From Cyanophora paradoxa CCMP329 (lineage: Eukaryota; Plantae; Glaucophyta), in NCBI GenBank assembly GCA_004431415.1, contig QPMI01000569.1, positions 310,001 to 374,000 on the forward strand: a stretch of DNA of 64,000 bases, given 5' to 3'. The notes beneath the pieces are model-generated. The model was not told the DNA's origin and did no database searches. It worked only from the letters and a program-made list of their open reading frames with translations. Shown piece by piece: positions 35,064-48,155 of the stretch; within the stretch, counting starts at the first letter, position 1, and every line of letters starts with the position of its first letter. The position numbers were made by a program, and so were the translations under genes.

Positions 35064-36348
35064 ACACATATGAATATTCATATTTTAATCCCTCGGCGTT
35101 GAATTTTCACATGAATTTTCATATTTTTAAATGCATTTTCAATTAATTTAATCGATGTTATATCGATAAACTCGATTAATCGATATTGTATCTTAATTGT
35201 AGTTAATCGGAATTATATCTATAACTTCGATTAATCTTAATTGAATCCTAAATGAATCTAATCGGAATTATATCAATAAATTCGATTAAATCATGTTCTT
35301 TTCCGATTAAATCAATTAAATATTTAACTTTGTTACCATAAGTGGTCTAAGTTGACTCACTTTTCATAAACATTTTGAACTCTTAGTCTCCTTGAATTTC
35401 TTAAGATGACTCAACTTAGTCAACTTAGTCAACTTTGTTACCATTATCAATCAGGGTGGACTCACTTTTATATCAACTTTGAAATTTCAAGCAAAATCAA
35501 CTTATATTTCAAAAGTGGATCTTCTAAGTGGACTCAATATGTTCACTTTGTGATACATGTTAGCTCAAATCCTTACTGTTTATGGTCAGGGTTGACTAAG
35601 TGGGGGGAGTTGACACATTTTTTGAAATCTTTTATAGAATATTCTTTGGATCTCAAAATTTCCTCTGAAATTTGAGTCAACTCAACCCACTTAGTCAACC
35701 TTAGCATTGAAATGGTCACATATTTATATACATTTACTCCTTTTACGATTAATATGAATCAACCATGAGTCCACTTAGTATTAAATATTAATCAATGTAA
35801 ATATAAACAAGGGGATTAAGAGGAATGCTTATTGAATATGGTCAGGGTGGACTCACTTTTTCATACAAATCGAATTCCCAAGTAAATTTGACTCTAAATT
35901 GTTAGGTGGATCTTCTAAGTGGACTCAAAATGTTCACTTTGTGATACTTGTTAGCTCAAATCCTTACTGTTTATGGTCAGGGTTGACTAAGTGGGGGGAG
36001 TTGACACATTTTTTCAAATCCTTTTTAGAAAACTTTAGGTCCCAAATATTTCCTGTGAAATTTGAGTCAACTCAACCCACTTAGTCAACCCTTGCATTGA
36101 ATTCGTAACAAAATCCATATACTTTTACTACTTTTACGATTAATATGAGTCAACCTTGAGTCCACTTAAATAATAGGGTAATAGGGGGAATCTAGGGCAG
36201 ATGCTTAGAAACATATGATTTATTGAGCCTATGATACTTACATAGTCACGCTGGTCTCGTTAAGAGGATTCCGAATCTGTTTTTATCTTTGTAAGATGAT
36301 GAGTTGGTGAAGAGATATATGCATTTTAGTGTTTTGTATGGGATTTCA
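35064..36348. mobile_element. Terminal fragment of a second AT-rich element related to 1-6504, in opposite orientation
   Basis: Starts ACACATATGAATATTCATATTTTAATCCCTCGGC, resembling the reverse complement of the 6504 end (ACACATATGTATAAACTTATTTAAATCCCTCCGC); followed by a similar ATCGAT-rich tract and duplicated palindromic units. Confidence 0.65.
35450..36168. repeat. Two copies (offset about 391 bp) of a unit containing an inverted repeat around an AT-rich spacer
   Basis: GGTTGACTAAGTGGGGGGAGTTGACACA ... TGAGTCAACTCAACCCACTTAGTCAACC at 35590-35700 and 35981-36090. Confidence 0.85.
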
Positions 36349-36680
36349 TGTTATGACGTCATAATGACGATGCATATGTATATGATATATATGACATACC
36401 ACGTGACTCGGGAGATCATGACGATCACGGCGATATGTTAATTGTCGTGTTGTATATGTATATATATATGCGGTGCAATCTGATTGGCGGATTGATAATT
36501 CGTGGTAGAAACCACTAGCTTAATAAACAGTCCTGCCCCGTGGCAGTGCAGCCTCGGGTCTGAATCAGGTCCTGGGAAATGGGTAATAGTAATTAGACCT
36601 ATTGGCTATAGCTACCCGGCACGATCTGCATTACCATTAATATATAGTTTGGTTAACGGGCCCGGGTAACACTAGATGTA

Positions 36681-36745
36681 TTTTTTTTTTTTTTGGTGAA
36701 TTACCGGCCACAGTCTCTAGACACCAGCACTGCGGGGGCTGCCCA
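36681..36745 (-). mobile_element. 65-bp retroposed insertion (5'-truncated LINE/SINE 3' end) with a poly(A) tail
   Basis: T14 tract at 36681-36694; 13-bp TSD AACACTAGATGTA at 36668-36680 and 36746-36758. Confidence 0.8.
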
Positions 36746-38909
36746 AACACTAGATGTAAATCGACTTGAGACAATATGAAGGCATATATGGTCGGGACTA
36801 GGGATGGATGGGTAAAGCGGAAGGTTACCCGTGGATACGACACTTCGATAATGAGAGGTATAGGATAAATGGCTTCGTGAGGGGTAGGGCTTATGTACAC
36901 GATCGACCGTCGGGCACGGTCGTTCGTACCCTGAGGGGTACGTGTATAACAGGACCGGTCAGAAGCGGGGAGCGCGGCTGAGTCTTCATCACGCGGGCAG
37001 GGGAAGCGGGAGCCTGTCGAGCGGAAGAACGTGGCATGGATAGCGCTTCAGGCACGGTCCTCCCGGGTGTGTGGTGGTGTTGGCGCAGACGCCCGTCGGC
37101 GTTCCGAGGCTGACATGTGACGAGCAGATCTAGAAGTTGCGCAGGACGTTGCGCAAGAACCAGTGAACAGCATGGACACGCCGGGCGTCGATGATGGTGA
37201 GAACGCTGACGATGGGAGCGATGATTTCGGACTAACCATGGCCAGCCGAAGCAGGAGCTCGTCGACGTGAAGCGCGCGATGAGGAAAGGCGAAGCGCGGC
37301 AACTGCTGATGATGAGGGTGCGGTCCCGGGCAACGGCGCCGAGCGCGCACCGCATATACAGGGCGCCCTCGTACGACCGCATTCTCAGTGGTAGACATCG
37401 ACGAGTTGGTCTTCATTCCGCAAGCGCCAGTGAAGACTGAGATCACGCCGCGCGAGGAGCCGACGTCGCCGTCCGCGGAGCCGACGTCGACGGGCGGAAC
37501 AGACGAAGGTAGGAAGGTTAAGGTAGGCGACGGAATCGATGAATCCATATTAACTAGCAGAGAACGAAGCAGCGTCGGACCTCGTGGATAACAGGCGCGC
37601 GTACGTCGGAGCGCGAACGGAAGGCGGAAAGTTGCCGCAGCGTACGTACGATGATGAATCGATCGCTGCTGCTGCGCGCGAGACGGCAGACACTGCGGCA
37701 GGAACTACGACATCGACGGGCATCTTACCTAGCGGATCGATCTCCACCGGCGCTCATTTGGATGCGGGGATGGAAGGGGACGACACAGGTGACTGCGGTT
37801 TGATAAAGTGGAGCGTCCAAGTCTAACTCTTGGGTTCGGCAGGCGGCCCGAAACGGGCGGCAGGGGAATCAGTCGGTGTTAAGAGGGCGTCTGGGGACCT
37901 GAAGCCCAACCAAGCACAGGGCGTGCGGGAAGCCAGGGGTGGTGCGATCTTGCGCATGTTCTTAGAGCGCCGACGCTGACTGTGGACGAACAGGAGGACC
38001 GCCGAAGGCAGCACATCAGCCAAGCGCGAGAATTGGGAGCGGCACGGGGTCAGCAGCTGCGGACAGGTCAACCCCGCCTAAGATTTTCGTGAAGGCAGAG
38101 CGGGCATCCAGCCCTATCGCTACCCTGGCGGCCCGAAGTGGTGCACATATGATATACCTGATATATGCTTTTGCCGGCGCCGGTGCAAGGATCATGCTTA
38201 TCAAGGAGGTCATGGTCGCAGGCATGTCGTCAGAGGCATCGAAAAGTTCAGCATCGTCGGCGAGCAAGAAAAGTGCGAGCGGCCCAAGACCGGCAGCACC
38301 GCTCAGCTGCAGCACATCCCCGTCGAATATTTCTCAACGGCCGTCGGCGGAAGTGAAACCGGAGGGGGCATCGAGCTCCCCTCAGGGGACTCGGACAGGT
38401 GCACCGCGGATAGGTGCATGTACCGCTACAAGTTTTATGTCTATTAATTATGGCGCAGGCAAGGGTAGAGAGCCTTTGACGGGACGGCCATCTGCTAGGG
38501 AGGGAGGTGCATCCGCGGTCACCGCTCCAAAGGGTGCGATCTACCCACTTCGTACCCCCGCTCGAGCTCGGTAGATCCGACCTGCCTGCAGGCAAGGATC
38601 CAGAGCAGGGGGACGGCGAGTCAAGGGGCGGGGCGAGGGGATCCGCTTCCAAGTATTCAACGGGTACGTCGTCGGCCGGCCCGAAGCCTTAGTCGAGATC
38701 GATCACGAGGCACAGTTTGACGTGGCGGACGCAGATAAGAGCATCGCCTCTCCTCGGAAAAGCAGGCGGAGGGCGCTGAATCGATAGGAGGAGATGGTGT
38801 ACCGAGGGTGCATCTTCTAGCGGCTCGCCAGCGCCCTCCGCCGGCAGCCCTGAACCCCTACTCTTACCGCCCCTCTGACCTGCGTACAGAATCAAGCCAT
38901 CCGCCGGCG

Positions 38910-39190
38910 GGGAGAAAGTACAAGTGTCCCGATTGTTTCAAGATCTACGTAGCAGCAGGGAAGCATGTTACGTGTTGCGACGGCCTGCCAGGTGCGAACA
39001 ACACAGCCGAAACGAATGATGCAATAAAAGACGAGGTGCACGCATTGACACGCTGACGCACCCAACGTAGAGGATGCAATCGTGGAGTCCGGGAAGGTTG
39101 AGGAACGGAGCCTTCGATGTTCGCGCTGTCGGCACACGTTTGTGAGGCAGAAAGCATTTGATCATCATGTGAAGAACCACATCAGAAAAG
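38910..39190 (+). CDS. C2H2-type zinc-finger exons of an unresolved gene
   Basis: YKCPDCFKIYV...H and LRCSRCRHTFVRQKAFDHHVKNH. Confidence 0.45.
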
Positions 39191-40532
39191 GTAAAGCGGC
39201 GAGACAAAGTAAAGGAGTCGTGGGTTGTGATAAGGGTTCTTACGATAATCTGTCTCAGAGGAAGATGCAGAAGGGACCGAGAAGGAGACGGAGGCATCTG
39301 AAGCAGAAGAGGACAGTGCCTCACCTCCGCGTACTCGGAAGAAATCAAAGACGGCTGCAGCAGGTCGGTGAAGAATTGTACTCTTCGAGCGTATTGTATA
39401 CGTTGAAGCGTTCACGAGCAGGGGACGTCGAGCATATGCAGGAGGGTAAGCGATGATCGAATCTGCTCATTCTTTGCGTACGCCGACATGGACTGTGTAC
39501 ATGCAGGTGCCAGCACGCATTCCGAGGGTTCCAATGCGCCTCCTGGAGGGGGAGATGCGGCCCAACCGGCTGTACCGGCACCGGATCCTGCCCTGGTGTT
39601 GGGGTGGACACGCGCAGAAGTCAGCAGGTGGATGAAAGGAACCTTCTCACTTGAAGGGGATTCGGCAGAGTACGTTGTCCATTAGATATTTTAGACAATC
39701 CTGAATACATCTAATATTAACATTTTAACTTCGCAGGTTGAAGTGCCTGCAACTGTTGTCCTTCACAGGTCGAGCTCTGCTGATGCACTCGGCGAAGGAG
39801 CTGCGAGGCCGGCTGGTGGAGTTTGAGAAAAAGGAGGGGATGCGCCTCGACGGCGCCAGCGACGCGGGTCTCAGTTACGGACTCGAGGCGGTCCTCTTCT
39901 CATTTGACAAACATGTGCGTTCATCCGCCAGCAACCTGCAGAAAGACGGTAATAAGTATCGGGATTGTTTCTGTGCAGGTGGCGCTACTCGTGGACAAGG
40001 CAAAACAGACGTGGGCCCTTCCCGTACCCCCCCCTCCCCCCCCCCCTTCCAACTCCGTATCCCTATATATGACATGTACTGATGGGCTCATTATCGGCAG
40101 ATGCCAGGATGCAAATACCGTGGCAGAAATCAAGCGCCACTATGCCTGCCGCGACGTTTGAAGACGAACGGTAGTACTCGCGGAATTTAAGTGAGCCTGG
40201 TGATTGCGGAATGTGAATTGACACATGGAAATGAAGTGCATAAGCCTTCCCATGTAGCCGAGCCGCTCGATCGTTCATGGCTCGCCGGATTGCACCTAGG
40301 CACCATATGTATATGTAACAGAGGCTGGGGAACGGTTGAAGTTATTTAATGCACACTTAATTGAGCTTGCCGGAGTAATACTGGACAATGAAACGGTACA
40401 GTTAAGGATATAAAGCAATATGAAAGTACAGGTAGGCTGGGAAGAGCAGGTAAATCGAAAGTTGCAATTTTCTGCATCTGATTGGGTGTGCCAAAGGCAA
40501 GGTCGGCCTTTGATATATATGTAATTATATGG

Positions 40533-40950
40533 TTATTGCGACTGCCGGAGGTGGCTCCGGAGGGCGTCCTCCAATTCTACGACGCGAGATTGGTGCTCCG
40601 CCACCCATCCGTATGCCTCGTTCAGCTTGGTCCTCACAGGGCACGACGGGCCGCATGGTGCGGCAGCTGTGCGCGGGATGGCGTTGCACCAAACAAGTCG
40701 ATCCCCGGCGAGAGCTTCAGATCCGGCGATTGCTAAGCGGAGGGCAGCGGCAGGCGACTCCTCAACTAGAGCTTGCTGGAAAAGTGCGGAAGCAGCAGCC
40801 TTCCTCGCTTCGACGGGGCGGGTTGAAGGGTCCACCTGGCCAGGAGCCAGCGCTGGCAGCTCGCGCTCGAAATTAAAGCGTCTCGAATGAGCGTCGTACC
40901 AGTCGTCTAAGTTTGGCTGAACGACAGTGGGCGTCTTGTGCTCATGGTGT
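40533..40950 (-). CDS. Orphan protein, paralog of 55568-56182
   Basis: DWYDAHSRRFNFERELP...FQQAL..SP.A.L..AIA..EAL.G.RLVWC...CG.SCPV..KL..A..WV...RV.ELED..RSH shared with the second copy. Confidence 0.6.
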
Positions 40951-43222
40951 CCGCGGCGGTTGCGGTTGATTGCCGATGGGCGCTAGCGGGATGTGCCGAG
41001 CTACCGGAGGCTTCGAACGATGGCCCGGTCTTGGCACGTTTTGCCATTGCTGTCGAATCCGGAGTTTATAACGTGGGTCCTGATTTTCAGGGTACCCGGA
41101 GCGCACGGCGTCCTAAGGCAAAAACACGGAAGGCTAGACGGCTCCGTTTACAGGGCACAACTCAGATGTCGAACGAAGACGATTACCAGGTTCTGCGGCG
41201 GGTGAGTCGCACTCTAGCAGTCAAGCACGCGCTGCCCGAAATCGTTCTTACTGGGCGTCCTCTACGCGCAGAGGCAGGCAATCGAGCTTGCGCACTGGAA
41301 TGAGGAGAAACGGAACGAGGTTCAAGCGTGTCAACTCGCAGCTGACGAGGTGCGTGCTGCTCGGAGGATCGCTGCGTACGTTGCCAGGTTGCCGCAGTGC
41401 AACTCAGCCGGGTTTCGGAAACGTAGGGATGCAGTGTCGTCGAACACCAGCAACCGGTTGAAATGTGGAGGAGACAAGAACGCCGCAAGGGGAAGCATAA
41501 GAAGCAGGGGAAACCGGCCTTGTCTGGCCGTGGCAGTGCGGACAGCAGCAACGTCGAACGGGCGGCGGCCGCAGGAGCAACAGCGACATGCGCAACGCCG
41601 GCCGGTCGTCCAGGCGGGACCATGGAGGGGAAAGCGCTGCCGCCGGCGGCAGCATGCACAGGGGCTCGGGCACGGTTATCGCACCGGCCGGGCGACCCCT
41701 GGATGCGTTCCGCAGCGTACCAACGGCCTGTGCATCGATGAAGCCGACCGACAAGATGATCATATCGGAGCTTGCCCGAGGCATCTGCCCTGTGTGCGGG
41801 GAGGAGGGCCAGCAGAACGCAACGAGTCCTATCCGCGCAATCGAAAGCGGCTTTGTGGTATGTAGGTTATGATATATAGGATTTCGGAAGAGATAACGTT
41901 GATGACGAGTGGGGCACAGGGGCATGTGCTCTTCTGCACGTCGGAGGGTGGAGAGCTGGGAGCAAGGATGAAGGAAGCGCTCAAGGAGGCCAGCGAGGCG
42001 ATTGATATTTTCTACCGCGGGACGTCTGCGCATGCTTTCATCGAGGCTCAGCTCACCAATGAGCTCCGTGCCATAAAAAGCAGAATCGAGAGCTTCACGC
42101 AAGACCACCTGTGTTCGTCAGACCGAGCGGTGCTTGGGCTTCGCAGGATGATGCTCTCGCCGTCGCCAACTCCTACGGTTAGGACACTGGCATTAATATT
42201 TTACGCAGCGTCTCGGCCCCCCGTATGTGGCTGACACGTGCACTGCCCACAGCAAGGGGACGGAGGGTCCGCAGAATACGCGTCGGCCATCACACATGCT
42301 GTGTGCGCGGCAATCAGAGACGCGAGATCAAGCGTGGAGCGGGAGCTGGATTGGATGCGGAGGATTTCCAGCAAACTCGCCAAGCTTGATGGCGGCGCCT
42401 TCATCGTTACATGGGAAGTGGACGCTCTGCGGAAACTCGTAGGACAAGGAGGGGAGACGCAACAATCAGTCAATCATCCCCTGGATATTGCAGCCTTGCA
42501 CCATTTCAGTTACTACGTCAACCCCATCGTCAACCCCGGTCGGAACATATCGTCAACTCCGGTTGCAAAGCATCGCGATCGGCCGTCCCCCTACATTCCT
42601 CCGATGGGTATGTTATCCCTGCCCGCCTCTTTTATTTCGTCGTGCCGTCTGATGTGAACGCCAGCGAGTACGAAGACGGGCAAGACTTCCAGTGAGGTGA
42701 GCATTCTTAGTTTCCGGCCCTCTCTGCCGCTCTTTACTAGACACATGAGTGGTTATAATTATGTGATCACTTGCGATTGCCATACCGATGCCTCTGCAGA
42801 AGGACACTTCTCACCTGAGAATCGGTGATCTCCGGAGTGCGTCAGTTGTCGGTCCATGCGGCCGGCAGACCAGTACAATTACGTCACTCTTATCTGCACA
42901 TGCAGTGTGCGTAAGGAGCTGTTTCGCATGTCGCAGACGGCCCCGGACGGACCTCGACGGGCCGAAAACGGCGCGACCTTTTGGACATCCCGCTAGTTCG
43001 CGAGCTTTAACAATGGATGGAATTTGAATTTTGAACACGGCCGTGTCACGGCGGCTATCAGCCGGCTGAGTTCGAGTTCGAGCTGGCTAGACCAAATTCT
43101 ATATCCCCCCAAGCCATCTCCCCCCCCTTCCAAGCCACGGCCAGCTGCAGCTAGATTGCGGCCAGCCACGGACTTGCGCGGGAAAAGCAAAAGCGCTTAT
43201 AGCTTAGCGTTCGGCGATCGAG

Positions 43223-44974
43223 ATGCCGCTCTCTGTGCTGTCTGCCAAGGTCGGCTCAGCGTTCGGTTCCATTAGAGCGTGGCTGGGCGGCGCCAGCGAT
43301 GGCAGGCCGCGGCACGGCCAGATTGGCGGCAGCACCTGCGGCAGCCAGGACGACCTCGGCGAGGACGTGAATCCAGACGACTTTGGCGACGCAGCTTTGA
43401 GCGAGCAAGTCGTTCAGCCTGCGCATGCAGCGCCAGCTGCGCATGCGACGGCCGCGGTCGCGCTGGCGCCTCCCGCGGCGGAGCCGGCGGCGGGAGCGAC
43501 TCCCCACAAGTCTCGCCAGTACGCTCAGAGCTCGAGCAGAGCCCCGGCAGCGGCTGCTGTGAGACGCCAGGGACGCCTTTGGGGGGGGGTACGCCTGTAC
43601 AGCCGTGTACGCCGCCTGTCGCAGCTGCCTCATCAGCGACCCCCGTGTACACGCCTGATCGCCCGCGTCGCAAGCGGGTAGTAGCTGCGCCCTCGCAATC
43701 GCAGCCTTCGCATGATCAGCCGGCCACGCCTCCACGCACGCAGCCGCCGGCGGCAGCGGCCTCGCCAGCGACCCCCGTGGACATGCCTAAGCGCGTGAGT
43801 CGCAAGCGGGCAGCGGCGGCGACCTCCCAGCCTTCGCCCGCGGCGGCACCGAGCGAGCAATATGAGGATCCCTTCGTTGCCATGGAGCGGTATATGGACG
43901 ATCCCTCTGTCGCGCCGTCGCCTGCCAGCTCAGCCGCGAAGAAGCCAGCCCGAAGAAGCCCGCCACGTCCACCAAGCAGCAGTGCAAGCGGCGCAAGTGC
44001 GATGTCGAGATGACGGGCGAGGAGGAAGATCGATTCACCCCTGGACAAGCCCGGGCGGCACCGCTTTCGCATCGAGGAGGAGGACGCCGCACTCTATCGG
44101 AGGCTCACCGGCTGCAAGCGGGTTTCCGATGCGGTTCGCATGGCGTCCAAGCTCCTTGAAGCGATCGAGTACCTTCAGCAGCGTGTGCGCGCGCCGTTTC
44201 ACGCCGCCGTGCGCTTCGCCCGCAGCTTGCCTCGCTGATTCGGGCCGCAGGATGTCCTAGACAAGGGTCTAACTGGCGCGGAGCTCGCCAATCAACTGAA
44301 GGCGAAAGTCGACGTGTTCCTCCGTGCACCGGCGCAGCGTGAGGAGCTCCAACAGAAGTGCAGCTCCCTGGAGCGGGAGCTCCCTGATCTGCGGTGGGCC
44401 AACAGGGAGAAGCAGCGGCAGATCGCTCAACGGGAGGAGAAGATCGCTCAGCTGGAGAAGGAGATGATGCAGCTCAACGCCAGTCTGGTGAGCCCGCCGG
44501 CCGCCGCGCCGCCCGCGCCGCCGGCGCCCGCAATGCGCTGCTGACGGCGGTCCCTCCGGCGCCCGCAGAGAGCGACTCGGGTCAAAAACCTCGAAGAGGA
44601 GTGCGAGGAGCTGCAGAACCAGAACGCTGCGCTGCAGACGAAGGTGGATGACCTGGAAAACAAGGTCCGCGATTGCCCACACGCGTGCGTGCGCCCGCTG
44701 GCGCGTAACGCGGCGCGGCGCAGGTCTCAAGGATGAAGAGGAATTGGACTTGGAGTTGGAGCGTGAGGCGAAGGTGTGGCGGAAGGAGGAGCGCATGTAC
44801 ATAAAGGAGGTGGAGGAGCTGGAGGCCGTTATCGAGTATCTCTACATGAGGGACGTGCTCATGCGGGAACCCCGGGGGCCTAGGGTCGCAGGGTGGGTCG
44901 CCGCGGTCCAGCAGCTACACGCTGCTGTGCCGCCGGAGACGTCGCCTTTCGAGGCGCCCGCCATCGGGCGCTAG
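43223..44974 (+). CDS. Multi-exon Pro/Ala-rich and coiled-coil protein of unknown function
   Basis: Heptad-like exons (EELQQKCSSLERE..., KNLEEECEELQNQNAALQTKVDDLE, KEVEELEAVIEYL) separated by short GC-rich introns. Confidence 0.4.
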
Positions 44975-46449
44975 CCCCGGCCCGCTCGCTTCGTCCTGCA
45001 TAGCTAGAGCTCTCATCGGATGAGAAAAATTTGTGTTCCTTTTGCGCATGCGTCGCCCACACGACAGCCGGGCGGGACGCGGGGCGCGGCTGGGTTGGCT
45101 AACTGTGCGTGCATCCGGAGCCTCCGAGCAAGCCTAGCCTATAAGCTCGGCGACGCTGAGCTAGGTGCGCCCGGCGCGCCTGGTAATCTGCTCGGGAAGG
45201 TCGGAACGGCTTGGGCACGGAACCGGGTCGGCCGCAAAGGCGGACCGTGCCAGACCCAATCGGCGCTGAGCTACGCCGGCGCGCCTGGTAATCTGCTCGG
45301 GAAGCTCGGGATGAGTCAAGGCCTCGCACCTGGGGCTGGCAATCCATGCACTGCGGCAAGCAGCCGCTGCCCCCACCGACCTCGTCTCGCAGAAGCGGGT
45401 CACGGAGATGAAGGAAGACCGCGTGAAGCGCCGCGGGCGCTCTCGTGGCATGCCGGGCCGGGCCGGGCGTATGCGTACCCGGTTGGCCAGCGGAGGAAAC
45501 TCGGCTGACTGAGCGGCTCGCGCTTTCGACAACGTGGCACTGTGGCACTGTAGTACACCTGGCGAGGCGCACGCCGCGACAACGATTCGGCGAGGCGCAC
45601 GCCCTCGCCCGCGAACTTAAAACATACGCACGCCTGCCCTGGATCGCGGACCGAGCCTCGGAGACTTCCGCCCTCTCCGAGGCTCATGGCTGAAGCTGCG
45701 ATAGCATGGTGCCGGCTGGCTGAGGCCGCCCGTGCCGGAGCAGCTGCAGCCGGGGCCAAGTGGCTGGCCGGCGCCTTAAGCGCGCGGCTGCACTGCGAGC
45801 GGGGAGCTGGGCTCGCTGTCGGCGGCAATCTTATCCGCTCTCAAGGTTTCGCAAGGCTGCGAGCGCGCGGCGACCCCCGGTATCGCGTTCGCAATTTTTG
45901 ATCTGCCAGGGAATCTGCACTCCGAGGCTTGCGATTGAAGCACGGCAGCCTCGTATCTTGATTAGAACTTTTTATTCAAGATGTAGAGGCGTCACACGGC
46001 GTTATTTAGTGCCCTGCACAAAGCCCCCGCGATGGGCCCATTTAACCCGTCATACCATATGACTCATCATACGCCTATACACTACGTTACAGCTAGTCTT
46101 CTGCTGACTTTTGGCCCTTCCAAATTGGGCCCATCGCCCCAGGAGCTGGGAGACATCGAAAAAAGCTTAGAGAACCTTTTTAAAGCACTATATAAGGCCT
46201 CCTATGCAGCTGCAGGGTCGGGGGAGGCCTTGTATGGCGCGAAAATAGGCTCCCGAGGCCCCGGACTGCCAGAGTGTCCCGGAGGCCCCCGACTGTCCCG
46301 CCAGGCGCCCCGCCCTGTCAGCCCGCCCCGCCAGCCCGCCCGCCACTCTCGGTAGTCACTGAGTGCCACGGTGCCACGGTGCCACGGTGCGCGCACGATA
46401 GCAGAATAACTAGTAAATCTGTCGTATTCAAGCCAGGTGCAGACTGCAG

Positions 46450-47755
46450 CTGGTGACTCTAGCTGCAGACATCGTCCGGCCGCGAGACGAGGACGCCGTC
46501 GCCGGCAGGGCGGCGACCGGCGGGGCGGGGGCGGGGCCGGCGGGCGGGGCGGGGCCGGCGGGGCGGGGCGGGGCGGGGCGGGCGGGGCGGGGCGGGGCGG
46601 GGCGGGCGGGGCGGGGCGGGGCGGGGCGGGGCGGGGCGGGGCGGGCGGGGCGGGGCGGGGCGGGGCGGGGCGGGGCGGGGCGGGGGCGGGGCGGCGGGCG
46701 GGGCGGGGGCCGGCGGGGCGGGGCGGGGCCGGCGGGGCGGGGGCGGCTAACGGCGGGGCGGGGGCGGCTAACGGCGCTACGCTTCGTCGTCGGCATCGTC
46801 CGGCCGCGAGACGAGCACGCCGTCGCCGCGACGCAGGCGGCGGCGCTTGCACCGAGCAGCAGCAGCAGCCCCGTCCGCCTCCGCCGCCGCCTCCGCCGCC
46901 TCCGCCGCCGCCGCCGCCGCCGCCTGCTGCTGCCGGATGCGCACCCGCTGGAAGTGCTCCGCGCACTTGAAGAGATTGTCGCCGAAATGCTCCATCTGCC
47001 CCGCCCGCCGCTGCAAGGCCGTCACGTTGTCATAGAGAGGCTTGAAGGCCGCCTCCTCGTAGAGCCCGAGGGGTCCTGCCCGCAGAAGCGCGCCGTGCTG
47101 CGGTGCTTGCGGATCTCCGACCGCAGGTTAATGGCCTCGAGGAGGTTGTTGTGCGCCAGCGCGACCTCGAACTGCTCGTACAGCTGCTCGTGCTCGCGCA
47201 TCCACGCGCGCGCGTACTCCAGCAACTGCTTGAGCTCGGCCAGCTTGTATGGCCTCACCGAGTCGCGCTCTATTGCGAGGTTGACCTCCAAAGCTGCCTG
47301 GTGGCGCCGCCTGATCTCATCCTCCTCCTCGAGCGCGCGCTCCTCGTCCGCCTTCATGCGCGCCCTGCGCTCGGCGCGCTGCCGCTGGTCCATCGTGACG
47401 TGGCGCACACAGCGGCCTGAGCACACAGCATAAGCGACGGCTCGCTATACTTAGCTCAGCTACGGTGGCGCCGCACCGTTCGGGGCGACGACGATCGGCG
47501 GCTCCGGGCGCTTCGGCCGCGGGGGGGCGGGGGCATGCGTGATATCTGCGACGCGCATGAGCGCAGGGTCCGGGATCCTGAGGCGGGGCGCTTCGGCGTG
47601 GTTCCGCGGACCTCCATCGTCATTCCGGCAGTCGACATCGCTCTCCGAGTCGCTGCTGTTGATCTCGATGACAGACGAAGTCATTGGGCGATTGCACGGC
47701 GCGTTGATGGTCTCCTCCTGGTCCTCCTCCTCGGACACGTAGTCAGCGGGCATAT
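46450..47755 (-). CDS. Multi-exon helical/coiled-coil protein with a low-complexity C-terminus, unknown function
   Basis: ORF 47022..47426 (ERRARMKADEERALEEEDEIRRRH...) plus flanking exons; shares a 25-bp segment with the gene at 51743-53772. Confidence 0.4.
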
Positions 47756-48155
47756 GCTTCGCTCCACAGCTAACATAGCTACACTGTCGATGCGACATAG
47801 CTAACGCTTGAGGCTGCTTCAGGCCCACCAGCTGCAGGGCGTTCAGCTGGAGTTGGACGTTCAGCAGTTTGCGTACCCAGTCTGGGCATGCTCCCCTTGC
47901 TTAGCGCGTCATACCCATATCGACGAGCGAGCATCGCGGCCGGCAAGGACCGCGCGGGTGGACCAGCCGCTTCGCCTAAGGTAGCTATGCATCGCAATTG
48001 CGCATTATCGCGCATGCTGGGCTCGCCTGCTGCTCTTCGGCGCCTAACTGTCGCGGATGTGTATGCTTGCTCGCGGCGCTCGGAGCTGCCGCTTCCGCAG
48101 ATGGCAGGGGAGGTACACGCGATCTTTTTTTCCGAGTTTTGAACCCGCCCGCGCG

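Noticed and set aside
36349-36671. Possible LTR bounded by TGTTA...TAACA, truncating the second AT-rich element
   Set aside because: Only a 5-bp inverted match; no TSD, primer-binding site or recognisable gag/pol downstream.
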